Shown piece after piece: positions 39,053 through 48,514 of a stretch of 64,000 nucleotides of DNA. The notes under the pieces were generated by a model. That model worked only from the letters and a program-made list of their open reading frames with translations, was not told the origin of the DNA and made no database searches. Position numbers and translations under genes: made by a program. Position 1 is the first letter of the stretch. Every line of letters begins with the position of its first letter. The DNA comes from an uncultured bacterium (GTDB lineage: Bacteria > Armatimonadota > Abditibacteriia > Abditibacteriales > Abditibacteriaceae), in contig CAWJLW010000006.1 in NCBI GenBank assembly GCA_963843795.1, positions 1,488,001 to 1,552,000 on the forward strand. The letters are read 5' to 3'.

Positions 39053-40807
39053 TTACATCTGTTCAATTGTTTCAATGCCCAGCAGGTTCAAACCTTGTTT
39101 GAGCACGCGCGCGGTTTGCGCGCACAGCATCAAGCGCGTGGTTTTGTGCGGTTCGGGCGCGTCTAAAACGCGACAGTTTTCGATGAAGGCAGAGAATTCC
39201 TGCGCTAAAGCAAATAGATAATCGGAAATCGCGTTGGGCCGATAATCTTGCAGCGCGGTTTCGACGGCTTCGTGGAAGCGCAGCAAGTACTTGCACAACG
39301 CCAATTCGTTGGCGTGTTCGAGCTGGCAAGTACTTGCATCAGCCAACCGCGCGACTTCGGCATCGCTGAGGCCAGCGCGCCGAAAAATTGAGCGCACGCG
39401 CACATACGCGAACAGCAAATACGGCGCGCTGTTGCCTTGCATCGCCAGCAATTTGTCCCACGAAAACGTGTAATCGCTGCTGCGATTTTGCGACAAATCG
39501 GCGTATTTCAGCGCACCAATTCCGACCACACGCGCGACTTCATTTTGCTGTTCTGCACTCAAATCAGGATTCTTCTCGCGCACGATTTCTAATGCGCGCC
39601 GTTGCGCTTCATCCAACAGCGCATCCAAGCGCGGCGGTTCGCCGTCGCGGGTTTTGATCGGCGTGCCGTCTTCGCCCAGAATTTTGCCGAATTCGACGTG
39701 CTCCAGCTTCACTTCATCGCGTCCCCACAAACGGACTGCGGCGAACAACTGCCGAAAATGCAAGCTCTGGCGCGCATCGACAACATAAATAATCTCGTCC
39801 GGTTGCCAGGTTTCCAAACGATAATCAATCGTCGCCAAATCGGTCGTCGCGTATAAAAACGAGCCGTCCGATTTGCGAATCAACATCGCGCGGTCTTGCA
39901 AACCGGCTTCGTCAAACGCAATCACAATCGCGCTTTCGCTGGTTTTGGCGATGCCGCGTTTGGTCAAACCATTGACCAAAGCGGCCAAGCGCTCGTGATA
40001 AAAACTTTCGCCGAGCGTCACATCAACGTGAATATCCAAACGCTCGTACATCGCTTCCAATTGAGGTTCGGACGCTGCGCGCAATTCTTTCCAAATCGCG
40101 AGATTTTCCTCATCACCTTCGTGCAAAGCCGCGATTTCCTGACGCGCGCGTTCCAAAATCTGCGGATTTTCTTTGCCCTGCGCATCGACGTTTTTATACA
40201 AACGTCCCATTTCTTCCAGCGGCGATTTTTCAAAATTGTCGCGGTCGAGTTCGGTTTTCCAGCCCACGATGACTTTGCCAATCGGCGTGCCCCAATCGCC
40301 GACGTGATTGTCCGCGATGACTTTGTGCCCCGCGAAACGCAAAATGCGCGCGATGGCGTCGCCGATAAACATGGTGCGGATGTGGCCGACGTGCAGCGGC
40401 TTGGCGACATTCGGCGAAGGGTAATCAATTACAACCGTGCGCGTTTCTGCGCTTTGGGGCACGCCGCAACGCGCATCGGACAACAATTCGCGCAAGGCGT
40501 TTTCGAGAAAATCGTGTTCTAAGCGAAAATTGACGAAGCCCGGCCCGGCGATTTCGGGCGTTTGGCTGATGCCGCTCACATCAAGATGATTGATTAAGGT
40601 TTGGGCCAAAGCGCGCGGATTGGTTTTCCACTGCTTGGCCAACCCCAACGCGCCGTTCCACTGATAATCGCCGAATTGCGCGTTGGCGGTCGGCACGACG
40701 CGCGACAACGCGGGCGTCAAAAGCGCGCTATCGGCCTTGAGTTCATCAGCGGTTTTTTCCAATGCTTGCGCGACGCGGTTTTGAAGTTGTTGAGAAACTG
40801 TTTGCAT
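39053..40807 (-). CDS. argS: Arginine--tRNA ligase
   Basis: FGDYQ, IAGPGFVN, SPNVAKPLHVGH, KSDG..YATTD, GNSAPYL, C-terminal EQM. Confidence 0.96.
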   Translation of the reverse strand: MQTVSQQLQNRVAQALEKTADELKADSALLTPALSRVVPTANAQFGDYQWNGALGLAKQWKTNPRALAQTLINHLDVSGISQTPEIAGPGFVNFRLEHDFLENALRELLSDARCGVPQSAETRTVVIDYPSPNVAKPLHVGHIRTMFIGDAIARILRFAGHKVIADNHVGDWGTPIGKVIVGWKTELDRDNFEKSPLEEMGRLYKNVDAQGKENPQILERARQEIAALHEGDEENLAIWKELRAASEPQLEAMYERLDIHVDVTLGESFYHERLAALVNGLTKRGIAKTSESAIVIAFDEAGLQDRAMLIRKSDGSFLYATTDLATIDYRLETWQPDEIIYVVDARQSLHFRQLFAAVRLWGRDEVKLEHVEFGKILGEDGTPIKTRDGEPPRLDALLDEAQRRALEIVREKNPDLSAEQQNEVARVVGIGALKYADLSQNRSSDYTFSWDKLLAMQGNSAPYLLFAYVRVRSIFRRAGLSDAEVARLADASTCQLEHANELALCKYLLRFHEAVETALQDYRPNAISDYLFALAQEFSAFIENCRVLDAPEPHKTTRLMLCAQTARVLKQGLNLLGIETIEQM

Positions 40808-40858
40808 AAATGGAGATGATGAAACGTGCTGCAAGTACTTGCAGCACGTTTTTGATTT

Positions 40859-42271
40859 TTAAACCGATTGCGCGACCGATTCGATTTCATCGCGCATCGC
40901 TTTTTGGATGCGTTGAGCTTGCTCGGGCGAGCGCGCTTCGCAAATAATACGCACGAACGGTTCGGTTCCCGAAGGCCGGATGTGGGCCCAACATTCGGGG
41001 CCAACCATGCCATCTTTGCCGGGCCACAGCAGTTTAATGCCGTCGCGCTCGTCGGCTTCGGCGCCTTTTTCTTTGCTCTTGAGCCATTTTTTCAACAGCT
41101 CGAAGTTTTCGCGCGGAAAATCAACCGTGCTTTTGGCAATATGAAAACGCGGCAGTTCGGCGTTGTATTCGGCTGCGGTCTGGCCGCTTTTGGCGAGCGA
41201 TTCCAGCACCAGAGCCAGAGCCGCGATGCCATCGCGCCCGTATTGAAAATCGGGCATAATTACGCCGCCATTACCTTCGCCGCCGATAACCGCTTGTTTG
41301 TCGTGCATCATGCCCGAAACGTTCACGTCGCCAACCGGCGCGCGAAACACTTCGCAATCGTATTTGGCAGCAACGGCTTCAACCGCCATCGTGGTCGAAA
41401 GATTGGTCACGACCGGCCCTTGTCGGCGATTTTTCAAAACGTGTTCGACCGCCCAAACGAGGGAATAATCTTCGCCAATCGGTTCGCCGGTATTTGTCAC
41501 CATCGCCACGCGGTCGGCATCAGCGTCGTGCGCGAAACCGATGTCGGCATCGTGTTCTTTCACGGCATCGCACAACTGCGTCAGGTTAACGTTGAGCGGT
41601 TCGGGCGGATGCGGAAAAATGCCCGATAAATCGGCGTTGATATGAATCAATTCGCAGCCCAATTCGCGAATCAGTTGCGGCGAAATCTGGTTGCCAGCGC
41701 CGCAACAGCCGTCCAAAACAACGCGGTATTTCTTTTCGCGAATCGCATCGGCATCGACGTACTCCAGCACCGCGTTAAGATGGCGTTGGGATGCGCCATC
41801 GTCGCTGTCGAGATGGCCCATTCCCTGCCAATCGGCGAAAGTAAAATTCTGACTTTCGTAGGCGGCAAGTACTTGCGTTCCCATTTCTTTATCGAGATAC
41901 ATGCCGCTGGGCTGGAAGAATTTGAGCGCATTCCATTCAACCGGATTGTGCGACGCGGTAATGCAAATCGCGCCATCGGCCTTGTGATACGGAATCGCCA
42001 GTTGCAAAGTCGGGGTAGTGACAATGCCCAGATCAATGACGCGACAGCCACCGGCAAGCAAGCCGGCCAAAACCGCGTGGCGCATCATGTCGCCAGTCGG
42101 GCGTGTGTCGCGGGCTAATAAAACGGTTGGAGTTTCAGAATTTTGACTGCGCAGCCACGTAACGTAGGCCGAAACGAAATCGAGTGCAACTTTAGGTGGC
42201 ATGGCACGGCCAACAACACCGCGCACGCCCGAAACGCCGATCATCAGGGCGTCGGAATGTGAAGAACTCAC
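40859..42271 (-). CDS. Alpha-D-phosphohexomutase (GlmM/PMM-PGM family)
   Basis: SGVRG, ITASHNP, DADADR, GGEGNGG, RPSGTEP. Confidence 0.92.
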   Translation of the reverse strand: MSSSHSDALMIGVSGVRGVVGRAMPPKVALDFVSAYVTWLRSQNSETPTVLLARDTRPTGDMMRHAVLAGLLAGGCRVIDLGIVTTPTLQLAIPYHKADGAICITASHNPVEWNALKFFQPSGMYLDKEMGTQVLAAYESQNFTFADWQGMGHLDSDDGASQRHLNAVLEYVDADAIREKKYRVVLDGCCGAGNQISPQLIRELGCELIHINADLSGIFPHPPEPLNVNLTQLCDAVKEHDADIGFAHDADADRVAMVTNTGEPIGEDYSLVWAVEHVLKNRRQGPVVTNLSTTMAVEAVAAKYDCEVFRAPVGDVNVSGMMHDKQAVIGGEGNGGVIMPDFQYGRDGIAALALVLESLAKSGQTAAEYNAELPRFHIAKSTVDFPRENFELLKKWLKSKEKGAEADERDGIKLLWPGKDGMVGPECWAHIRPSGTEPFVRIICEARSPEQAQRIQKAMRDEIESVAQSV

Positions 42272-42425
42272 GAATTATCTCCTCTTGAAAAGCGCTCACA
42301 GTGTAACGACTTTCCAGAAAGAGAAAAGAAAAATGCGAAAGAAGCAAAAAAATCGCGCTGCAAGTACTTGCAGCGCGACCGCCGGAGTGCGACGTCACCT
42401 TTTGACCTTTGCACTTTTCTCTTCC

Positions 42426-44546
42426 TCATACTTCAGTGCGCACGATTTCAGAAAAGGTGCTAACGATTTCGGGATCGAACTGGGTTCCGCTGCTAATTTC
42501 GATCTGGCGCAGCGCGTCGGCTTTGGACAAGGCCCGTCGATATGGACGTTCGATGGTCATGGCGACAAAGGCATCGGGCACGGCCAGAAGTCGCGCCACG
42601 AAGGGAATGTCGCTGCCGCTAAGCGCGCTGGGATAACCACTGCCATCGAAGTTTTCGTGGTGATGACGGATGCCATCGAGAACGCCTTCGATTTGCGGCA
42701 CATCTTTAACCAGTTGCTCGCCATAAATCACATGGCGCTGCATGATGCGGATTTCTTCCTCACTTAAGCGGCCCGGTTTGCGCAGAATGGCATCGGGTAC
42801 GACAATTTTGCCAATATCATGCAACAATGCCGCGCCCTTCACTTCTTCCATCTGTGCGGGCGCCAGATTCAACGTTCGCGCTATGCGCTGCGCATAGCCG
42901 AAAACGGCGCGCGTATGACGATTGGTGTAGCGGTCTTTTTTATCGATGGCATCGACCAGAGCTTTGTAAACCGGAAATTCGCGCCAGATGTCCACTTCTT
43001 CGACGATCGATTCGGTTCCAAGCGAAACTTTGTTGTCGACAATCAGGCGGCCTTGAGCTTTGGCTTCATATAATCGCTCATCGGCTTTGGCTAACAGCGT
43101 CGAAGCATCCGTTCCGTCTTGAGGAAACACGGAAACGCCGCACGAAACGCGCACCGAAACCTGCGAGCCGTCGGGCGCTTCAAAGGGCTGCGCCAGAATG
43201 GCTTCCTGAGCGCGCCGACACACTTTCTGCGCAGCGGCCAAATCGGTTTCAGGCAAGACGACGACGAATTCGTCGCCACCGTAGCGCGCCACGACATCGC
43301 CGATGCGGAAAGTTTGGCGCAAACAGTTGGCGATGAATTTCAGCACATTATCGCCAGTGTGGTGGCCGTAGGTATCGTTGAACAATTTGAAATCGGTGAC
43401 ATCCATCACCGCAACCGATAAGCGCACCGCGGGGCGCAGGTCGAAAGAACGCGCACTGCGCGCCACTTCCTGCGTCAGCCTTTCCTGCAAAATGCGGTGG
43501 TTGTGTAAGCCAGTCAACGCATCGATTTGTGCCTGCGAGTTCGCCGCGCCATAGCGCAGCGAGTTTTGCAGCGACGGCCCCGCCATTAAAGCGATGTCGC
43601 GCAGCATCAGAACATCGCTTTCAAGCAATGTATTCCCGGACTTACTGCCGCGCACGGATGAGGAATCGGCTTTGGCAGATTTTCCAGCCCACGAAGCGCT
43701 GAGCAAAGCGCCTACGACTTCACTTTTCCACAAAATCGGCACGACAGCGGCGCTCTCACCGGGGCCAAAAATCTGACCGAGTCCGTTGGTTGTGGTAGCA
43801 ATTAGTGGAGCCGCGCTTTCATCTTGCAGGTTTTGCCGCACGTCAGGCGACAGTTCACCGACTTCATAGCGACCGAGTTTTCCCGTCGTTTTGGACAGCA
43901 GGCCATGCGCCAAAATTTCACCCGACCAGTTTTCGCCATCAAGATATTTATCCCAATCGATCAGATTTTCAGTGTGATTTTCAAAGCCCTGCGCAGCTAC
44001 ACAACACCATTTCTGCATCTTGGCGTTGGATTCTTCATCCAGAGCATCCAGCATCGCGCTTCTCGTCGCAGTGTCCTCGAAAGCGGAATCCGCAGGCTGC
44101 ACCTGATCGTTTTCATTCAAAAAAACGCGGGAAGCGGAGGCGTGCCTTTGCACATCGCGCGGCAATAGATCAACGCGCAACCACAGCGCACCGCCTTCGG
44201 CGTCCAGCGCACCACGCGCACATTTCAAGACGGCCTCGGCGACGGAATCGAGTTCCAGACTTTTATTGAGTTCAACCGTCAATTGGTGCAGCGTATCAAG
44301 TCGCGAATTGGCGTTTTGCAACTGCCCATTGAGCTTCCAGTTGGTGGTCAGCATATGGCGTTGATGTAGCATTGCCGCCGTTACTAAAAGCGCACCCAGA
44401 AAGAACATCGGTGGCAAATACTCGACCCACCTCGCGTCACGCGCTACCGAGACCGCCATAGTGCCAGCCACCGATGTCGCCAGCGGAATCAGAAGAATCC
44501 ACTGCCTTATAATTTCTTGCCATTGTGTCGGACGAATTGGTTTCAT
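42426..44546 (-). CDS. Membrane-anchored GAF-like + GGDEF + HD-GYP protein
   Basis: Two TM segments; RIGD I-site and RYGGDEF; LHDIGK, HHENFDGSGYP. Confidence 0.9.
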   Translation of the reverse strand: MKPIRPTQWQEIIRQWILLIPLATSVAGTMAVSVARDARWVEYLPPMFFLGALLVTAAMLHQRHMLTTNWKLNGQLQNANSRLDTLHQLTVELNKSLELDSVAEAVLKCARGALDAEGGALWLRVDLLPRDVQRHASASRVFLNENDQVQPADSAFEDTATRSAMLDALDEESNAKMQKWCCVAAQGFENHTENLIDWDKYLDGENWSGEILAHGLLSKTTGKLGRYEVGELSPDVRQNLQDESAAPLIATTTNGLGQIFGPGESAAVVPILWKSEVVGALLSASWAGKSAKADSSSVRGSKSGNTLLESDVLMLRDIALMAGPSLQNSLRYGAANSQAQIDALTGLHNHRILQERLTQEVARSARSFDLRPAVRLSVAVMDVTDFKLFNDTYGHHTGDNVLKFIANCLRQTFRIGDVVARYGGDEFVVVLPETDLAAAQKVCRRAQEAILAQPFEAPDGSQVSVRVSCGVSVFPQDGTDASTLLAKADERLYEAKAQGRLIVDNKVSLGTESIVEEVDIWREFPVYKALVDAIDKKDRYTNRHTRAVFGYAQRIARTLNLAPAQMEEVKGAALLHDIGKIVVPDAILRKPGRLSEEEIRIMQRHVIYGEQLVKDVPQIEGVLDGIRHHHENFDGSGYPSALSGSDIPFVARLLAVPDAFVAMTIERPYRRALSKADALRQIEISSGTQFDPEIVSTFSEIVRTEV

Positions 44547-44553
44547 ATTTCGA

Positions 44554-45414
44554 TTAACGCCGGATTCGACTGGCCAACCAGCGCACGCGCGCAGTGAGGC
44601 GAATCAAAAGCACTGTGGCGTGAAATGTGAAAGAACGCAACCGTTCGCGAAAATGTTTGTAATAAAACAATTCCAAACAACGATGCGATTCGATTATCAT
44701 CGCCGCGCGTCGCTGTACAGTTCCGGCTCCACCCCAATGCAACACGCGAGAAGTGTGTATGAAAGCAATTGGCCATTTATGCTGCCACAAACGCCAGCAC
44801 AAATCGACATCGTTGAAAAAAATCGGAAACTGCTCATCGAACAAGCCTCCGCAGTCATCAATTGCGGCGCGGCGCACCATTAAACTCGACGCCATCGGCT
44901 GCTCGACCAAACGTGTGTCGCGATACTTCCACCAGCCCATGCGGTAAAAGCCATATTGCTTTGAGCGCGGAAATCGGCTTGCCAAACCCAGCGCTTCGCA
45001 CCATAGCGCGCGCGGCGTGGGAAAAGTGCGACACGAATGCTGAATGTGTCCATCGCGCGCATCAATTAATGCCGAAGCCGCCGCGCCCGTGCGCGGGTTG
45101 CGTTGCAACCAACTTAACAGTTCGCTGTGTGCCCCTGCAAGTACTTGCGTATCGGGATTGAGCAGCCAGATCCACTCGCCACGCGCGCGCTCATACGCCT
45201 GATTATTGCCGCGCGCGAAACCTGCATTATCCGAATTGGCGATTAAAATCACATCGGGAAATTCGCGCCTCACCATTTCAGCCGAGTTGTCGGAGGACGC
45301 GTTATCGACCACGATGGTTTCGTGCGGCCAATCGTGTAGCTGTTCGCGCAGCGATTGCAAACAGGCGCGCAACAAGTCGCGTGTGTTCCAATTCACAATC
45401 AGAATTGAAATCAT
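44554..45414 (-). CDS. GT2 glycosyltransferase (rhamnosyltransferase-like)
   Basis: IVNWNT, VVDNASSD, GFARGNN, LLNPD, FDEQF..DVDLC. Confidence 0.9.
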   Translation of the reverse strand: MISILIVNWNTRDLLRACLQSLREQLHDWPHETIVVDNASSDNSAEMVRREFPDVILIANSDNAGFARGNNQAYERARGEWIWLLNPDTQVLAGAHSELLSWLQRNPRTGAAASALIDARDGHIQHSCRTFPTPRALWCEALGLASRFPRSKQYGFYRMGWWKYRDTRLVEQPMASSLMVRRAAIDDCGGLFDEQFPIFFNDVDLCWRLWQHKWPIAFIHTSRVLHWGGAGTVQRRAAMIIESHRCLELFYYKHFRERLRSFTFHATVLLIRLTARVRWLASRIRR

Positions 45415-45481
45415 TTCGGGCGCAACATTGGTTGCAAGTACTTGCAACGGCTGCGCAGCTTTTAGGGGAATACTTAAAGCC

Positions 45482-47623
45482 ATGAAAACCAGAGAGAAAT
45501 GCTTAATTTTGCTTTGCAGTTTGACTGGTGCGTTGCTCGGCGGCGCAGCCCACGCTCAAGACATGATGCTTTTCAATTTCGATACGCCAGAACAAATTGC
45601 GGCCTTTGAAGCCAATGGCACGCAGCTTTCGCAGTTTGTGAACCCCAACATCAAAGCGTTAAAGATCGAATTTTTGGCCGATAAAGAATGGCCCAACGCT
45701 TATTACGGCGCGCCCGAACCGATGAATTGGAATCAACGCGCCCTCGCCTTCGATGTTTTTAATCCGGAAACTGTGCCTGTCGCGTTTTCCGTCCGCGTCG
45801 ATGACGATCCAAGCGCCGATGGCAACGTGCACTGCCGGACGGGAAACGGTTCGATTGCTTCCAATGCGCGCCGCACATTCGTGATGCAATTCGGCCCTGA
45901 TGCGATGAGTCTGGGCATGCGTGGTTTGCCTACATCGGTGAACGCTCAATTCAGCGGTTTGAACGCGGGCGGACAGGGCGAATTTCATCCAGAGCATATC
46001 GTCGGCTGGCAAATTTTTCTCCACGCGCCCAAAACCACGCAAACGCTTATCGTCGATAATGTGCGACTTTTGCCTTTGGCGACTTCCAATCTGAAAAATA
46101 TCGTCAATCGTTTTGGTCAATACGCGCCCACGAACTGGCCCGGCAAACTGACTTCCGAAGCCGAATTGCAAACGCGCCGCAGGGCCGAAGAAACGCGCTT
46201 GAATGGGCCAACGCAACTGCCCAATCGCGACCGTTTCGGCGGCTGGACGAACGGACCGCAATTGAAAGCGACCGGCTGGTTTCGCACCGAAAAAGTCGAT
46301 GGCAAATGGTGGCTGGTCGATCCCGAAGGCCGCGTGTTTTTTTCCAACGGCGTCGATACTATGAATCTGGGCAATGGCACGATGATAACCGGGCGCGAAC
46401 AAATGTTCGCTGATTTGCCCGCTGCCAACGACCCGCTGCACAAGTTTTTCAGCCAGACCGATGGCATTCTGTATGGCCCGACCAAAAGTGGCCAGCAATT
46501 CGATTTCTATGGAGCCAATTTGCAGCGCAAATACGGCGCGGATTATCCAGCGCAATGGACGCGCACCGCTCTACAACGCTTGCGCGCGTGGGGATTTAAT
46601 ACCGTCGGCAACTGGTCGGACGAAACGCTGAAAAGCGAAAGTTCTAAGATCGATGCCGGAAATTTGCGCATTCCTTATGTCGCGACCGCGAGCATTGATG
46701 GCAATCATGCGCGCGTGGCGAGCGGCGACGATTACTGGGGCAAAATGCACGACCCGTTCGATCCACAATTCGCAGTTGATGCCGCCAATTCGTTGAAGTG
46801 GGCGACCCAGCAATCACGCAACGATCCTTTTTGCATCGGCTATTTCGTCGATAACGAACTGTCGTGGGGCGGCGGCGATTCGCCACAAGGACGTTACGCG
46901 CTGGCTTTAGGCGCCCTCAAACTGCCGATGAGTTCACCCTCTAAAGCCGCATTTGTCGCGCAACTCAAACGCGATTATTCAAGCGTTGCCGCTCTTAACA
47001 CTTCGTGGAACGTAAAATTAAAATCGCTGCAAGAATTGGAAACTCCGTTTAAAACCGAAACGATTAACGAAGCAATGCAGAAAGATTTACAAAAATTTTC
47101 GCGTGCGTTTGCTTTGAAATATTTCACCGTAGTGCGCGACGCCTTACACAAATTGGATGCGAACCATTTGTATCTCGGCTGCCGTTTCGCGTGGCGCTCG
47201 CCCGAAGCTGTCGAAGCCGCCGCGCAAGTGTGCGATGTCGTCAGCTTCAATGTATATAAACGCACGCTGGACAAAACCGAATGGTCTTTCGCCAACGCTG
47301 TGAGCAAACCCTGCATCATCGGCGAATTTCATTTCGGCGCTTTAGATCGCGGAATGTTCCACACCGGCTTGGTGCCGACCGAAAACCAGAACGACCGCGC
47401 GCGAGCTTACATCGATTACGTGCAAAGCGTCGCCGACCATCCCGCTTTCGTTGGCTGTCATTGGTTCCAGTACATCGACGAACCGCTGACGGGCCGCGTG
47501 TGGGACGGCGAAAATTACAACATCGGCATGGTCGATGTTACCGACACGCCGTATCCCGAATTGACCGTTGCCGCGCGCCAAGTTCACGCGACGGTTTACC
47601 AGCGTCACGCGGCGGCGAAATAA
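45482..47623 (+). CDS. Secreted GH50 (beta-agarase-like) glycoside hydrolase
   Basis: Signal peptide ending AHA; ATGWFRTEK..WWLVDPEG, WGFNTVGNWS, GYFVDNELSW, IIGEFHFGA.DRG, GCHWFQY.D, DGENYNIG. Confidence 0.85.
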   Translation: MKTREKCLILLCSLTGALLGGAAHAQDMMLFNFDTPEQIAAFEANGTQLSQFVNPNIKALKIEFLADKEWPNAYYGAPEPMNWNQRALAFDVFNPETVPVAFSVRVDDDPSADGNVHCRTGNGSIASNARRTFVMQFGPDAMSLGMRGLPTSVNAQFSGLNAGGQGEFHPEHIVGWQIFLHAPKTTQTLIVDNVRLLPLATSNLKNIVNRFGQYAPTNWPGKLTSEAELQTRRRAEETRLNGPTQLPNRDRFGGWTNGPQLKATGWFRTEKVDGKWWLVDPEGRVFFSNGVDTMNLGNGTMITGREQMFADLPAANDPLHKFFSQTDGILYGPTKSGQQFDFYGANLQRKYGADYPAQWTRTALQRLRAWGFNTVGNWSDETLKSESSKIDAGNLRIPYVATASIDGNHARVASGDDYWGKMHDPFDPQFAVDAANSLKWATQQSRNDPFCIGYFVDNELSWGGGDSPQGRYALALGALKLPMSSPSKAAFVAQLKRDYSSVAALNTSWNVKLKSLQELETPFKTETINEAMQKDLQKFSRAFALKYFTVVRDALHKLDANHLYLGCRFAWRSPEAVEAAAQVCDVVSFNVYKRTLDKTEWSFANAVSKPCIIGEFHFGALDRGMFHTGLVPTENQNDRARAYIDYVQSVADHPAFVGCHWFQYIDEPLTGRVWDGENYNIGMVDVTDTPYPELTVAARQVHATVYQRHAAAK

Positions 47624-47844
47624 TGCGCAAGTACTTGCACCGCTGCTTGCAAGTACTTGTGCATTATTTGAGAATTTTCTCACAGAGTTCTCAAACATCT
47701 CTTGTACAGCGCCCACATACTATTCTGCAATGGTCGGTGTGAGAATGTAGCGTATAAAAACAGGACACGAAATTTGAATTCCTGGCGCGCATTTCACATT
47801 TGAATCAACCACAATTGTGTTGGTATTTTGCAGGTAGGTGAATC

Positions 47845-48498
47845 ATGGAGAATCAGCGAGCGCAATTGCGTGTCGGGCGCTGTCAATATTGGGCGACGCA
47901 CGATGGGCAGCGAAGATTTTTGCTGTGCATGGGTGGCTTGTTGGTCTTGCGGCTGCTTTTTTTGACCGATGGTGTCACGCATCTCTGGGCATTGAGTGCG
48001 CACAATCTGGCTTTCGACCTGATTTTTCGCATCGCCAAACTTTTTGGGCGTGCCCCCTTCGCTTTCGCACTCGGCATCATTCTCTACGCAGTGGGAAAAT
48101 TTCGTGGGCGCGAAAAGTTACGACGCGCAGGCCGATTAATCATATGCAGCGTGCTACTTTCGGGTTTGATCGTGCTCATTGCCAAGCCGCTGTTTGGGCG
48201 CCACGAAAATCTGCACGCGATAACGCAAAACACGCACGCAGCGCGGACGGTATCGACAGTGATCGACGAGCGCTGGGGCCGCTTTCCTTCGGGCGATAGT
48301 ACAGTCGCGTTTGCTACGGCGGCCGCACTGGCGGTAGAATTTTCGGCGGCCACTGGAGCCGTAATGTTTTTAGCGGCCCTGACCGCGATAGGTCGCGTAT
48401 ACGGTAATATTCATCTGGCTTCCGATGTGTTTGCTGGTGGCTGCCTGGGTTGGGGCGTGACGCAATGGCTGAGCCAGCGCAGCTATTGCGCTCATTAG
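47845..48498 (+). CDS. PAP2-family membrane phosphatase (start uncertain)
   Basis: KPLFGR, FPSGDS, RVYGNIHLASDV. Confidence 0.75.
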   Translation: MENQRAQLRVGRCQYWATHDGQRRFLLCMGGLLVLRLLFLTDGVTHLWALSAHNLAFDLIFRIAKLFGRAPFAFALGIILYAVGKFRGREKLRRAGRLIICSVLLSGLIVLIAKPLFGRHENLHAITQNTHAARTVSTVIDERWGRFPSGDSTVAFATAAALAVEFSAATGAVMFLAALTAIGRVYGNIHLASDVFAGGCLGWGVTQWLSQRSYCAH

Positions 48499-48514
48499 AT
48501 ACAACCTTTCCACA

